A DNA stretch of 64,000 bases from positions 39,060,001-39,124,000 of the forward strand of contig NC_135671.1 in NCBI RefSeq assembly GCF_964188315.1, given 5' to 3'. Of this stretch, positions 37,201 through 49,640 are shown one piece after another; the first letter of the stretch is position 1, and the number at the start of each line of letters is the position of its first letter. The notes beneath the pieces were generated by a model that saw nothing but the letters and a program-made list of their open reading frames with translations, did no database searches and had not been told where the DNA came from. Source of the stretch: Podarcis muralis. Lineage: Eukaryota. The translations under genes were made by a program, and so were the position numbers.

Positions 37201-40200
37201 TTTCATAAATAATCTAGATGTGTTATAAACAAATAGCACTTAAATCAAGAGCACGTTGGTTGCCTATGAAAACAGAGTAATAGTTGTAAAACCTGAAAAA
37301 GCTGCAGTCCTAATGGGGATATTGCAATTCTCCCTCAATGTCCTTGAGGGAGAATGATAGTGCTATAGATAGTGCTATAGAAGCAATGATAGTGTTATAG
37401 AAGCATTAACATTTCAAACAGGGCAGTAGTAGTTTCCCCCTCAAAGCCCTACGGATGCATAAGGGCAGACTGGTCATAGGGGAAGTATGTCATTTTACTC
37501 CAAAAGCAGCAGGTGATCCCAAGAGAGCATTTACTTGAGGCAGGTATATGCTGCTGTCTCTTTCTGCCCACACTGCTAATTCTAGGCAGCTGTGAGTGGG
37601 TCTGGTTATCAGTAGCAGAGTGAACACACCATCTAGAGCCACTCTTGTTACACTGTGCTCTGCATTCTACCACTGAACTTCAGTACTGGAAAAAGGCCTT
37701 GCAGGTGTGCCTTGCTGACATTCTTGCTCAGATAAAATCTTATTACTGCCCCCCCTCCCCAACCATCACAATGAAGCCACCACACAGCCTCTTTACCTTT
37801 GAATGGCCCTCCTTTGATTGTGAGAGCCACCTTGCCTTCCTGGGTCAGATAGCCAAACCATTCACCTGCCTGTGGGTCACTGAACTAAGAGAAGAACAAG
37901 CAAAGATGGTGAAACTATGCGTATCAGATTATAAGATGATCTACAGTGTGAGATGTGAGCTATGGAGTGGTTTTAGGTTCCTGGTGCTACTCCCATAGGT
38001 TAGGAAGATGACGGTCACCATATTGACCAGTGGAAGCTGCCTTATGCTGCACCCAAGGAGCACCCAGCTCTGCAAGGTCTCAGGCACCGCTTCTTTCCCA
38101 GCCCCCAGAGCCTGTGACCAGGAAATGCACTTTCTTCAAACCTCATCTCACCACCTCTGCTCTAACTTAATGGCACCCCCTGCCCTCCATGGCCAGCCTT
38201 CAAGCTTACCTTGGCAAAGGCATATTTAGCCACTTGGACAAAGCGTTCCAGGAGCTCTTGGTCTCGAGTCTCAGCAAAGCCCATCAGAAATGCAATCATG
38301 GCTTCTGTGTGTGGCCACCAAAGCTTCATTTTCCACTCTAACTGAAGAAGAGAGAGGGGGAAAGTTGGGGGGTGGGAGGAAGCAACCCAAGAGATCCCAG
38401 GAGGAGGGCAGTTGTCAAATGCACGGTGAATGTAGGCTTTAGGGTCCAAGCTTCTGTACCTGCGTTGGGCAGAGGCCATCCACATCCTGGAAGGTAAAGA
38501 GTCCACCATGTTCAGGGTCCCAGCCCAGACGGAACGGCTCCTTCATGAACTTCTCCACAGCCTGGGCCACGAGGTCCGAGTCCTGCTGGCGCTGCGCGTA
38601 GCGGAGCAGGAACCAGCCTGCTTCAATCGCATGGCCTTAGAAACAAAAAATGGAGAAGAAACACCCCAGTGCTAGCTCAGAGTTCTGGGGCAGGCAACCT
38701 ACTGCCCTCAGACTAATTCCATGCAGGGGGCAGAGGGAGGGAAGGAGGGAGGGGTGATCCATCCACTCAGCACTGGCATGCAGCTCCCGGCAGAGAATGC
38801 TGAGGAAATGCAGCCCTTGGCAGGAAAAAATGGCTCCCACCCCATCCCAAGGCAGACTGATTATTTTATTTCTATATCACTTAATATATTAAAAATATCT
38901 CTAATAAGTGTACAGAAAATTGACATAACAACAGACAACTTACACAAAATATTACAAAAACACACATACAGAAATGTTACAGTAATACAAAGTTACTAAT
39001 ATATAAAAACCAGTATAAATTCATTTTCCTTTTGATACACCCTTCCTCTCTGTCTCCAGTAGGCCTGGGTGATGCATCAATACATTGCCCAGGACTGGTA
39101 TGAGGGGCAGACAGCAATGGCAGCTTCACTCAGTGGCATATTGCAAGTGAAACCACCAATGCTCCTGAGTTCCTTAGCCACCAGGAGGAGAACAGGGAGG
39201 GATGGTTGTTGTTGATTTTTTATTATAAAAAGTACTAATAATTTTGGTTAAACACACATACACATAAATAAGGAGAGCTAGAGAACCTGTGGTCAGGCCT
39301 ATGCAGGTTGTGGGGCAGCTGGGTCCACTTGCCTTGGGCCTTGGAGGGCTGGGCTGGCCGTGGGGTCCTGCCAGGGGCTTGCCAGACTTACACTGTCATG
39401 CTGAGAACAAGATCCTTGCCCCAGGCCTCAGGCAAGCTCTGCATGGGCCTGCCTGTGGCTCTCCAGATGTTAGTGGGCTCAAGTTCTCCTCAGCCCCAGC
39501 CAGCGTGGCCGATGGTCAGGGATGATGGGAGTCGTAGTCCAGGAGCATCAGAAGGAACACAGGTGGGGTAGGCCTGGGCAATGTATCAATTCATGAGGGG
39601 CAGACAGCAATGGCAGCTTCACTCAGTGGTATATTACAGGTGAAACAGCCTCCTCCTCAGTTCCTTAGCCACCAGTGCCCAGCGCGCCAAGGGAGAAACA
39701 AGCTGCAGCCGGGCACTGGAGGCAGAGGGACTCAGGGGCAGCGGCAGTTTCACCAGCGATATCCTGCTGAGTGAAGCTGCCGTCCCACTTTGCCCCCAAA
39801 TCGGCGCAGAGGGAGAAGCATGCTGCATCGGAGAGGGGCCAATACAGCTTGTTCCTCCCTTCACTTCTTTAAACTGCTTGGTTGAGAAGCATACACCTGC
39901 CATTGCTCAGCCAGGCAGTTTTATGGAGCCCCCTACACGCCACTGGCTTGCACCAGCTGGTGGCAGGATGGGGACTCTGTGAAACTGTTCCCGCTTCCCA
40001 GCTGAGCAGCCTGTCTCTCTCTTGCATAAATTGGGGATGGGAGAAAGAAAACTGTCACAAGGGGCAAGGGGGCTGTGGAGGCAGGGATGCTAGTAAGGAG
40101 CTGTGCCAGGGTCTAAGTGCCAATCTTTGCAGTATGAGAGGGTAGCTATCTGGGCTGCACCACTTCAGACTGCAGAGGACTGTGTACTTTTGAAGGCTCC

Positions 40201-43200
40201 ATGTAAAGACTCCCTGCACGTAGCAAGTGAGCACGGCTAACAGTAGCCCTGACGTGCCAACCCCCAACAACCTGGCAACCTCCAAATACTTTGGAATATC
40301 CAACACCCCCCAGCCCCAGCCAGCACAACCATACTGGTTGGGGCTGATGGAAATTGTAGTCCAAAACATTCTGGTGCAGAGGCACCAACTTCTCCAGAGG
40401 ATTGAGGGGACCTGATGCAACTTTGTGCAACATTGCAAGAAACCAGGGGGCAGAGCCAAACATCCTCTGAAAATTGAGGGGGCTGACATTGGGGGGGATG
40501 TCAAAATTGTCTCGGCCCCTAGGAGTCACCACCTATCTTATGGTGGGGGCAGGACATACCAGGCTGGCAAAATCTGAACTAGTTGGGCGTAGCCAGGATA
40601 TTTGTTAGCGAGTGCAGAAACTCAGTAAGCTATATATTTTTATTGATTTTTATTGATTTTGGGGGCAGCTGCCCCTCCCTGTCCCCTCTTGGCTAAGCCC
40701 ATGACTTGTTACATTAAAAATATGGTCCCTGCAATCTACAGTGGTGCAGTGCAGAGTTCCACCGCCTGATCCTGTGCAATCCAGGGCTGGAGAATGTGTG
40801 GACCTTGAGGTGTTGCTGGGAGTACAGTTCCCATCATTCCTGACTGTTGGCCCTGCTGCTGGGGCTGATGGGAGTTGATATCCAACATCTGGAGAGTTAC
40901 AAATCTCCCAGCAATGGAGTGCAATGCATACACCACCCAACTCTTCATTCAGGACCCTAACCTGTGGGTCTGACAGAGATATTTTCAAACTTTGCTCTAC
41001 TGCTAAACAGGCTAGAAATTTGTTTGCTAAAAGTCTAGATTCCTGGTGTTCTGGCTAACATGAAATTCCTCAGCAAAATATACGCTGCTGCACTTGACTC
41101 CCAAAGCATCCTGGCTCTTGGTCTCTTCTTACCAGGATTCTGTTGTCTTCCCAAACACCCTGGCAACTCCTCGCCCTCTTCAGAAACGTTCTCCAACACA
41201 GCAGCACCATCCCTCTGTAGCAAAATAAGAATTCTATTATAAAATGTATCAAACGTAGACAAAAGCAAGACTAAGGAGCGGGGGGGACCATTCCCACCCC
41301 TTTACCTGCACGTGCATGAGGATTCGCTGAGCAGACCAGCCTCCCAGCTCACTGAACCGGCTTGCAGCCTCTGCATCTCCTTCTGACAGCTGGTCCACCA
41401 GGTTGAGGAGCATCATGGGAACAGCCATGGAGTCATGTGGGATTGCCCCCGCCAGCAGTGGGCGTCCCAGCTCAGAGGGATCCTCCCTCACCCAGTGCAC
41501 AATGGCCTCCATCATTGCCAGGGCTTCCCTCTGCCAACAGGAACATCATTACAACCTACGAAAATACCCATTAGCCAAGTGGAAACCTAAGGCTAGGGCT
41601 GGTCCCACTCCCACAACATCCATGCCTGGAGTCCGGTTTCCCACTTCTCCAAGGGACTCAGCAGGCCTTGGCCAAACTCATTTGCTCACTGCTCAGGCTT
41701 CATCAGGGCTGATCGGCAGGGAGGGTGAGAGAGAGCAAGTGAAGAAGCCAGATAGCTGCCCAACAACCAACCACTCAGCACTCCTCCAACCAACAGAGAT
41801 ATGCGTTATAGTAGAGTTCCACTACCCAAGAGAAAAGGGTGAGAAAGAGCTGTCGCTCTCATGTGTTGCTTGAAGGCATCTGGTTGGCTAGTGTGGGAAA
41901 GAGGATATGGACGAAGTAGGCCTTTGGTCCGATCCAGAAGGGCTCCTCTTCCGTTCTTAAGCGCTCTTCTACAGAGGCAGAGCAGAGCCATCATGGTTAG
42001 TGGGCACTGATAGCCCTCGCCTCCTCCAAGAATTTGTCTAATCCTCTTTTAAAGCCATCTAAGTTGGTGGCCATCACTGCCTCCTGGGGGAGCAGAGGTT
42101 CACAGCGGGCCCCACAGCACCTCCCATGGACCAGTACTTTGGACAAGGGTCAACCCTACACAAGAGCAGACTCAACCTGCTGACCAGCCTCTTCCCCTAT
42201 GTAGATGATGGCTATTCTTCTTCTTGTTCTATCAACGGAACTCCAGTATCCATAGAGACAGGAAGACGTCCCTCAACCGCAGCACCATGAGGTAAAATGA
42301 GCTGGTCTCTCCACTCTGGGCCCAACCCTACAGCTGCGGTTTTATCAGCCATGTGCTAGGAGCTGTACCATAGCTTTGGGGAAAGGGTATTTTTGCTGAG
42401 GTAATAATCAGAGGGAGAAGAGAGGGAGGATAAGCAGGTTTAGATGCTCCCTGTTCATAGAAGGAGGCAGGCAGGCAATCAGGACATCTGTATCCAGCTC
42501 TCCTGACCTCACCTGGTAACGAGGTTCCCCAGTTGCTCGTCCAAGTTCATCCAGCCCGAGGACATAGAAGCACTCGCTGAAAATGGTGCGCTGGATTTTC
42601 ACAGGGCGTCCATCGCGAGTCAGGACAAAGGCACACTTCTGCGAAGGTGGGGCCACTCGCGCATGCGCTAACAGGAACTCCCCACCTCAGGGAAAGAAGT
42701 AGATTGGAGGAAGGCAGCTCTGCCCCTCTCTGCTACTGGCAACCAAATACCCAGAGCCCTTGGGCCAAGACCCCCCCCCCCAACTTTTATACTTTCTCCA
42801 GCTGGTCACAACCAGGGATTGAGCTATGAATTGGGAAGCCCCAGTACAAATTGCGCCTCTCCCACAGATGCAGTAGGTGAAGAAGAAGAGTTTGGATTTG
42901 ATATCCCACCTTTCACTCCCTTTAAGAAGTCTCAAAGCGGCTAACATTCTCCTTTCCCTTCTTCCCCCACAACAAACACTCAGTGAGGTGAGTGGGGCTG
43001 AGAGACTTCAGAGAAGTGTGACTGGCCCAAGGTCACCCAGCAGCTGCATGTGGAGGAGCAGGGAAGTGAACCCAGTTCCCCAGATTACGAGACTACCGCT
43101 CTTAACCACTACACCACACTGGCTCTCCTTAGGCAAAATCTCTCAGCCTCAGGCTCACTCTCGGGGGGCGGGGGGGGGGGGGCGGAATGGTTTACCATAC

Positions 43201-45296
43201 AAGGAGTACTCAGTTAACAGGAAAGGCTAACTGATTAGATTATGATGATGATTAATTGTGGGGAGACAACCCCTATAATCCCACCACCATTCCAAAGCAT
43301 CAGAACTTTCAAGCGTCTCTCAGCCCTCATCTCAACTCCCTGTCCCAGTCTACACAGACCTCTGTCTGCCCACCCAATATTATCCTTTCTTTGCCTTCAT
43401 TCCCAAATCCCATCCCTTCTGTACACAAGGTGGAAGAAGTTACCTGCTCGGGCTGCCTGCAGGAGCTCAGGGCGCCGGAATCTTGGTACTTTTCGATACA
43501 GCCGACTGTACATCCACACCTGTTTGGGAAGGGATGGAGAGGTAACCTGGGCCCTCTAGTCTCATGGCAGACATCTGCCTTGGCTAAGCCAGGGATGAGG
43601 ACATTTGCTCACTCCAGCACTCATCAGCCCCAGCCAGCAAGGTCAGTGGTCAGGGACGATGGGAATTGGACTCCATCCATTCGTGGAGGACCACAGCTTT
43701 CCTTTCCTTGGCTTAAGCCCCAGCACTGATGTCTGCCATTCAGGGTATGGCCTGTGAGCGTGGCTCTCTGCAGGCCTGGCCTATTCTTAACCTCTAAGGA
43801 GACAGGTGCTGGACCTCAGACTTGCTTGGAAATTCCTCGTGCAAAAACTTTCCTAATATGGGGGACTGATGGGGGAGCTGCAGTGTTGAGGCATTCTGCA
43901 CATGCTCAGAGAGACTTGTGCCATTTATTTATTAAGTTTGCTTTACCTGTTCATTCCAAGCTTTAAGGCCAGCACTGAAACCAGATTCTGAGGTCAATTC
44001 TGGCAAGCCAGGTTCCAGAGAAGCTGGCCCTGCCCAGCCTCATTTCCCACACCAGCCCCAACCACACAAAGGGGATCCCAACAGAAAATCTAAAAAGGTT
44101 TCCAAAATCCATGGCCCCTGAGGACCCCTACCTGCCGGCCTTGCAGCCAAACGTATTTCAAGTCATCATAAACTTTCCCATCCTGGCCCAGACATGTAAA
44201 GAACCCCCTAGAGAGAAAGAAGAGGCAGGGGTGAGAACCAGGAGGGGGGGGGCACAATTTCCTAGAGGAAAGGATGAGAGCAGGCCGGGCAGAGAACTAC
44301 TGACTAAAGAGGAACTTGTCGTAGGGCGTGGCTGAGTGGGGCTCCCCATAGCCCCTCAGCCAGCACAACAAATGGCCTGGGAAGATGGGAGCTGGAGTCC
44401 AAGGAGTTTTGGAGATTCCCCCACCCCTGGCCTGGGAGAAGTAAGACAGGAAGCTGCCTCTGGCAGTGTCTGGAGTTAGAGCTAAAGCAGGCGCAGCAAA
44501 CGCGGAATGCCTTGAAGAAGGGCAGGCAGATCTGGTTCACAGAGCACCATTTGCCAGGACATTCTGCTCCGCAAGCCCCACGGAAATGGAAGGAGAGCAT
44601 ATCTGGGGACAGCAGCACCTTGCCCACAGCTCACATTTGTTTCCATGAAGCTTGCAGAGGAGAATTTCCCAGTGGAATGTCATCCATGCTGGTCCAAGGA
44701 GCAACAGGGAGCCCTAAGCTCCGGGTAGTTCCCTTCAAGTCATGCATGACGTCACGTGTGAGTCAGGTGGGCACAGCCTCCCGAAAATAGTGGGCTAAAT
44801 GAAAAGGGTTGCCAAGCCAGAGGTGTCCCCCCCCCCCCCCGCATTAGAGGGTAGATTTGTCTGCCTCCGGCCATGTGAGGGGAGGGGAGGGGAAGTATCT
44901 CCTTGCATCTCAGTGGTATGTTCTACCCCCCCCCCTTCCTGGGAAGGGCTCCCCTGTTTCACATACCCTCTTCCCCCTCCCCATTTGGGCCGATTTCCTT
45001 AATGGCGTGTATAGCATCCCTATAAACATAACCTTCCCCCCCGCCCCATGTCGTGAGAGGGAGTCAGTGTGGTAGGTACAGGACTGGACTGCGGGAGAGC
45101 CGTGTTCAAATGCCCCCTCAGCCACAACCCAGGCTGGCTGCCCTGGGGCGACCGGGGGGGGGCCCTAGATGAATAGACAGGCAGCGATCCATCACCCGTA
45201 TTCTTCGTCGTGCGAATGCTGAAGCCAGAAATCCACCACGGCGTCCAGCTCTCGGGAGATGCGTCCATGCCAGCTCAAGAGCGACGCCAAATCCAT
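34217..45296 (-). CDS. RENBP: N-acylglucosamine 2-epimerase (renin-binding protein), 10 coding exons, 405 aa
   Basis: Exons 45296-45196, 44207-44132, 43519-43444, 42685-42513, 41530-41306, 41214-41133, 38635-38460, 38341-38210, 37884-37797, 34305-34217; phases are continuous. Motifs [46 protein letters not shown] and KGCFHVPR match human RENBP, including the catalytic His/Glu/His positions. Confidence 0.96.
34640..34777. mobile_element. Palindromic hAT-type MITE
   Basis: Near-perfect 28-bp TIR CCAGGCTTCCTCAACCTTGGCCCTCCAG / CTGGAGGGCCAAGGCTGAGGAAGCCTGG. Confidence 0.85.
34869..35223. mobile_element. Tc1/mariner MITE, third family, with CGCAAGACG internal repeats
   Basis: TA-CAGTGGTACCTCGCAAGAC...GTCTTGCGAGGCACCACTG-TA. 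Confidence 0.88.
35390..36580 (-). mobile_element. L1-clade fragment: ORF1 C-terminus and ORF2 AP-endonuclease N-terminus, degraded
   Basis: ORF 35715-36023 reads [15 protein letters not shown]...[14 protein letters not shown]...WCLMADWN (APE motifs); upstream [21 protein letters not shown] resembles L1 ORF1. Confidence 0.75.
36590..37139 (+). mobile_element. L1-clade 3' end with A-rich tail
   Basis: Frame-broken [21 protein letters not shown]...FVKDWK-type ORF2 terminus, pyrimidine-rich 3' UTR, AATAAA and A tail. Confidence 0.7.
38864..39055 (-). mobile_element. L1-type 3' UTR/tail fragment
   Basis: T-rich terminus ttattttatttctatatc and AT-rich 3' UTR typical of reptile L1 ends. Confidence 0.45.
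41865..42115. mobile_element. CR1 3'-end fragments in two orientations
   Basis: ggcatctggttggc...ggtccgatccagaagggctcctcttccgttcttaag abuts gaggcagagcagagccatcatgg...aatttgtctaatcctcttttaaagccatc. Confidence 0.6.
42879..43127 (-). mobile_element. CORE-type tRNA SINE (Squam3-like), full length
   Basis: Head GAGAGCCAGTGTGGTGTAGTGGTTAAGAGCGG, CORE gctgggtgaccttgggccagtcac, L2-like tail and (TTC)n end. Confidence 0.85.
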
Positions 45297-46120
45297 CCTC
45301 GCTGCTTTCTCCAGCGGCGATCCCTGTAGGGGCGCGAAGGTGCTTCTGGCCCAGGATCTGACCCCGAGAGGGGAGGGGGAGTCCCGAGACGCGCTGCCAA
45401 TGTCCGCGGGAAACTAGCATAAAACCACGCACAACGCCCCCCCCCCCAAAAAAACTTTAAAATTTACAGAAGTAGGGAACTGCTGGTCAGATGATTTGCC
45501 CGAGTCACCTGACACTAGCCCCACCCTTTCTCCCACGTGGGGGGGGGGCAAGACCCTGATTTGTTCCTTTTCCTCCGTTTCCATTTGTTAACCCTACAAC
45601 TGCCGTGATCCGGCCCAGAGATCGGCAGCTGGAATCCCAGAACAGTGATCGTGACAACAAAAGGGCAGCAATGAGGCACAAAGCAGTTAAAGGCTCCCAG
45701 TAAGGCTTCCTAACTCGGGTGGCTCCCCGCTGCCTCCTGCCCCGCTGCTGAGCGGAAGGGCCGAGGGGCGACTGGGAGCCGGGACGACCCCAAACGCGGC
45801 TGCGTGATGGCACCGCTACTGGGATGCCCCGCTCCTACGTCAGGGGAGGAATCCCCCTCGGCAGCAAAAGCCCAGCCGCTGCCGCCCCGTCCCAGGCGAG
45901 CTCTGGGGGGAGGGGGCGGTGCGTGTGCTTTCCCTCGAGGTCCACGTGGTTCGCTTCAAATATGGACCATCGCAAGGTGCCGAGGCATCCAAATAATCTT
46001 GCTGCCAATCTGGGGGAGGCGGGGAGGGACCTCTTGCTCTCTCCTACTTACTTCAGAGCCGCGTTTCACAGCTGGGGGGCGACTCCATGCGAAGGAGGCC
46101 TCGCGTGTCTTTAACAATTG
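45050..46120. promoter_or_regulatory. CpG island, RENBP promoter/first coding exon
   Basis: CpG enrichment around and upstream of ATG 45296; boundaries approximate. Confidence 0.7.
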
Positions 46121-48679
46121 GGCGAAAGCAGGAATTTAGTTGTTGTTATTTTACTTAACAGCATTTATATAACACTTGATTGCAGTCAAACCTTTAAGCA
46201 GTTTTAAAAACATTAAAAGTATCAATAAAAACAAAGAAGGATAAGCAGGTGGTTAAAATTAACAGCAACAAAATATCTAAACATGTAACTTCTACATGTC
46301 TAGGTAGGCTTTCCCAAAGCAAAAATGTTTTTAGCAGGTACTGAAAAAAGTACAGTAAAGGCAGTTGCCTGTTATCAATAGGCAACAGGCAGGGAGTTCC
46401 AAAGTGTAGTTGCTGCCGCACTAAAATACTGATTTTTCTTTCAACTGTGGAATGAGTATTATGTAGCACCTGCCACAGTGCCAGTTCTACAAATCAAAGT
46501 GGTCTGCTGGACATGTGTCAGGTAAGGCAATTGTGCAAATAAAAAGAATGCAGATTGAGCTTTTCTCAGCCCCACAGCAGGACAAACTGCCCCACCAGCC
46601 CCCCTCTTTTATGCAACTTTTAAAGATGCAAGAGACTTGTCTTCCCAAGAGGAGGCTGGGTAAAAAGAGGATTGGGTTCCTGCCAGGGGCACCATCTGGG
46701 GGGGCTGAAGCCCTCCCCGCCCCCAATTTTCAGAGGGGCCAGACTCCCTCAATATTCTGTGGCCTGCAAAGGGCCTCACCCAGCCTGTCTGTAGCTGCAC
46801 TGGGCCTTGTGGCCTCCTCCTGTCCTGTGACATCACATGTGCATGTTGTGCACATGATGTCATGTGTTTGCTCTGCCCCCCACCAAGTTGGAGGCAGCTC
46901 CAGCTTCTTTTATCAGCGGTACAGAAAAGGGAAATGCAGCAGATGTAGCTTACACAACAAGCTGCTCTGGCTGAAATTACCTACACAACAGTTAAAGGTG
47001 AAGGAATAGCCGCCGTCCTCCTCTTCTTTCTGTTCACCCTAACCCTACTTCCTTTGCATTTGGACATCCAAGGAAAGGCAGGTGGTCTACCGAGAGATCC
47101 CCTCCCTATCTATATTCCCATGCAGGCTTGTACACGTGCTATGGTGCAAGGGAGGTCACTCACTATCCTCTGCCCCATTCACTGGATGAATGTGCACACG
47201 TGGCAAAATAGATCCATGCGCATTTGTCACACATGATGGTGCACACAAGACACACTTGTGCGCCTTAAACAGCACCAAATAACCATCACACACTAACTGA
47301 TATGGTGCAAAATTATCTGGGAAGTTCTTGTGTGTAGGACACATTGAAAGTGGTGAGAGCATCCTTGACTGTTCCTCTGTGGTCTCCCCTACTATCAAAA
47401 TGTAGTTTGCAAATTCTGTGAGGCAGGGCCTGTCTGGCCCCTGGGTTTCCCCATATGTAATGCTTTATAAAGCTCCATGGCCTTTCCACACTTAACTTTA
47501 ATTATGTAACAATGCACATATTGTTCTTCTAAGATTCAACCTTTCCCCGCATTCCAAATGTACAGAAGCACATTTAGCTACCTAGTAGTGAGGAGCATAC
47601 ACAGCATTGGCTGAAGGTTGTGGGGTGGGACAACCATGGATTGTTCCAGAACTGAGCCAAGCTAGGTTTCCAGGGTCAGTGCTTCTCAAGGCATTCCTCA
47701 CACATCAAAAACAGGTGTTAATACGGCATTCCAGACCATGTTACAGTATATGTCTGAATTCACATGCATGTCCAGCACTCACATGTATTCATACACACAC
47801 ACCCAGAGATTTGGAATCTTTTGCTGGAGTTATAATGTGTACCCATTTACGAATATGTGTTTGCCTCTATCCCTGCTTAAATAAAACTCCTGACACCTAA
47901 TATTTAATTTTGTCCTGAGCTGGCGATCCTAAAGACCTCTTAAATGCCAGATGGGCAACCCAAATTTTTTTAGAGGCAAACAAATAGCTGTACATTAAGA
48001 GTCTTGAGACACACATTAAGAAAGAAAGCTTGGTTTATTATATCAAATGAAAATGACAGAATATACGAATGCAGTTTCAGAATCAGACAGGAAGGGAAAG
48101 GGCTGCCCAACAAGAGAGTTAGCAGGCACTGGCCAAGGGCTTAAGAAGACTTAGTTTGTGCCAGAACCAGAGGCTGATTGTGGTACTTGCAGAATGATTT
48201 GTTAAAACACGTATTTGCTTGTATCTGAGCATGTGCAGGGTGCCTTTTATTTCTCCCACCACTTGGATGAGCACAGCTGGGGGGGGATTGCTCGGACTTC
48301 CTTTCCCCCCTCCTGTGCAGCTGCCGCCTGCTCACTTAGCCTTCCCTTCTGGACCCAGGCCAGGCTGCCACTCCCTCGGATTGCTCAGAGGGAGTAGGTG
48401 AAGGGGTGGCAAAGAGGGGCAGCAAAGCAGGGGGCTGCAGTGGGGTGGGAGGGCCCTGCAGGGAGGGCTGAATGCCCCACGATGCGGACCCTGGATGCCC
48501 GTCCCACCCCATGGTTCCGAGACTAGGTTAAGGGTCAAGGGCAACGTTTCCTGAAAGCGCCCAGCACCAATCTCCGCAGAACTGTTGTGAGGATAATAGC
48601 ACCTGTGAACAGGTGTGTGAAGCTGATCTGATTTCTATGATTCATCTCTGTAGATCTTAATAAGCATTAAGATTGACTT

Positions 48680-49640
48680 AACTATGACATGCGATTCTCC
48701 ATCACGATCCTTGCTTCGCCTGGGCACAAGCCGGACCCCACCAGCCTCCCCTGAAAACGTGTCCGGAAGGCGCAGCCCCTCGCCCTTCCTCCTCCCTGGC
48801 GCCGAGCAGCCGACGGGGAGGGCGAGAGCGAGCAGCTGCGAGGAGCTCCAAGCAGCGCCCGCCCTTCTTCGGAGCGAGTTTGAGGGAGGCTGTGCCGCGC
48901 CGAGGGGGCTCGGGGGGGGGGGGCACGGCCGGGGAGGGGCTTCGGGGCCGAGGACTGAGCAGGGAACCCCCACAAAGGTCGCGGGAATCCACGCCTGGCC
49001 GCGGGGGGGGGGGTCTCGACGGAGGCTCCCGTTCCCGAGCTGCCCCCGTAGGGCTGCCCTCACCCGCCCGTCTCTCCGCAGGTTCTGGCGCAGACGCCCC
49101 ATGTTCAGACGTTCCCACCTCAAGATCCTGCTGATCGGCAATTCCGGGTAAGCACAAGGGGCGCCTGGATGGGGAAGGCAGGCCCGCCGGGAGAGCCGGG
49201 CTCCGGCGGCTAAGCGGGTGTCGGGGCTCCAGGCGGGCGGGAAGAGGAAGGCTTCCCGGGATCCTGTCCCCGTTTGGCAGCCAAGGGGTTAAGGCGGCAG
49301 GCGGAGGGGGCGCAGGGGGCGCCGCCGCGCAGAGGCAGGGGCAGCCCGTCCAGTGCAGCCCGGGGAGAAACTTCCGCGAGGCTCTGCTGCCTCCACAACC
49401 ACCCGCCCGGTATTCTCTGTAGCTCAGGCTGGGAAGCGTGCGGCCCCCACGGCCTGGAGCGCGGCGCCCGCTTGGAGAAGTCTTCTGGATTCGCTCCCCG
49501 AGCGCCTCAGTCTCTGAGATCCCGGCGCGCTGCACGCCGCTCTCCTGTCCCACCTCCTTCCAAGTCCTTAAAGTACCTGCAGCAAGTGGGACCACGTTGC
49601 AGCTTCCCGGGCTCCGTGTGTACCAGGACAATTTTATGGG
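48680..49640. promoter_or_regulatory. CpG island, promoter of the RAB7-like gene
   Basis: CpG-dense stretch enclosing ATG 49101 and the gtaagc donor at 49148. Confidence 0.75.

Noticed and set aside
46828-46862. Hairpin TGACATCACATGTGCA...TGCACATGATGTCA with an M-box-like motif
   Set aside because: Lies inside a segment (about 46680-46885) sharing ends with the repeat at 40445-40520, so probably transposon interior.
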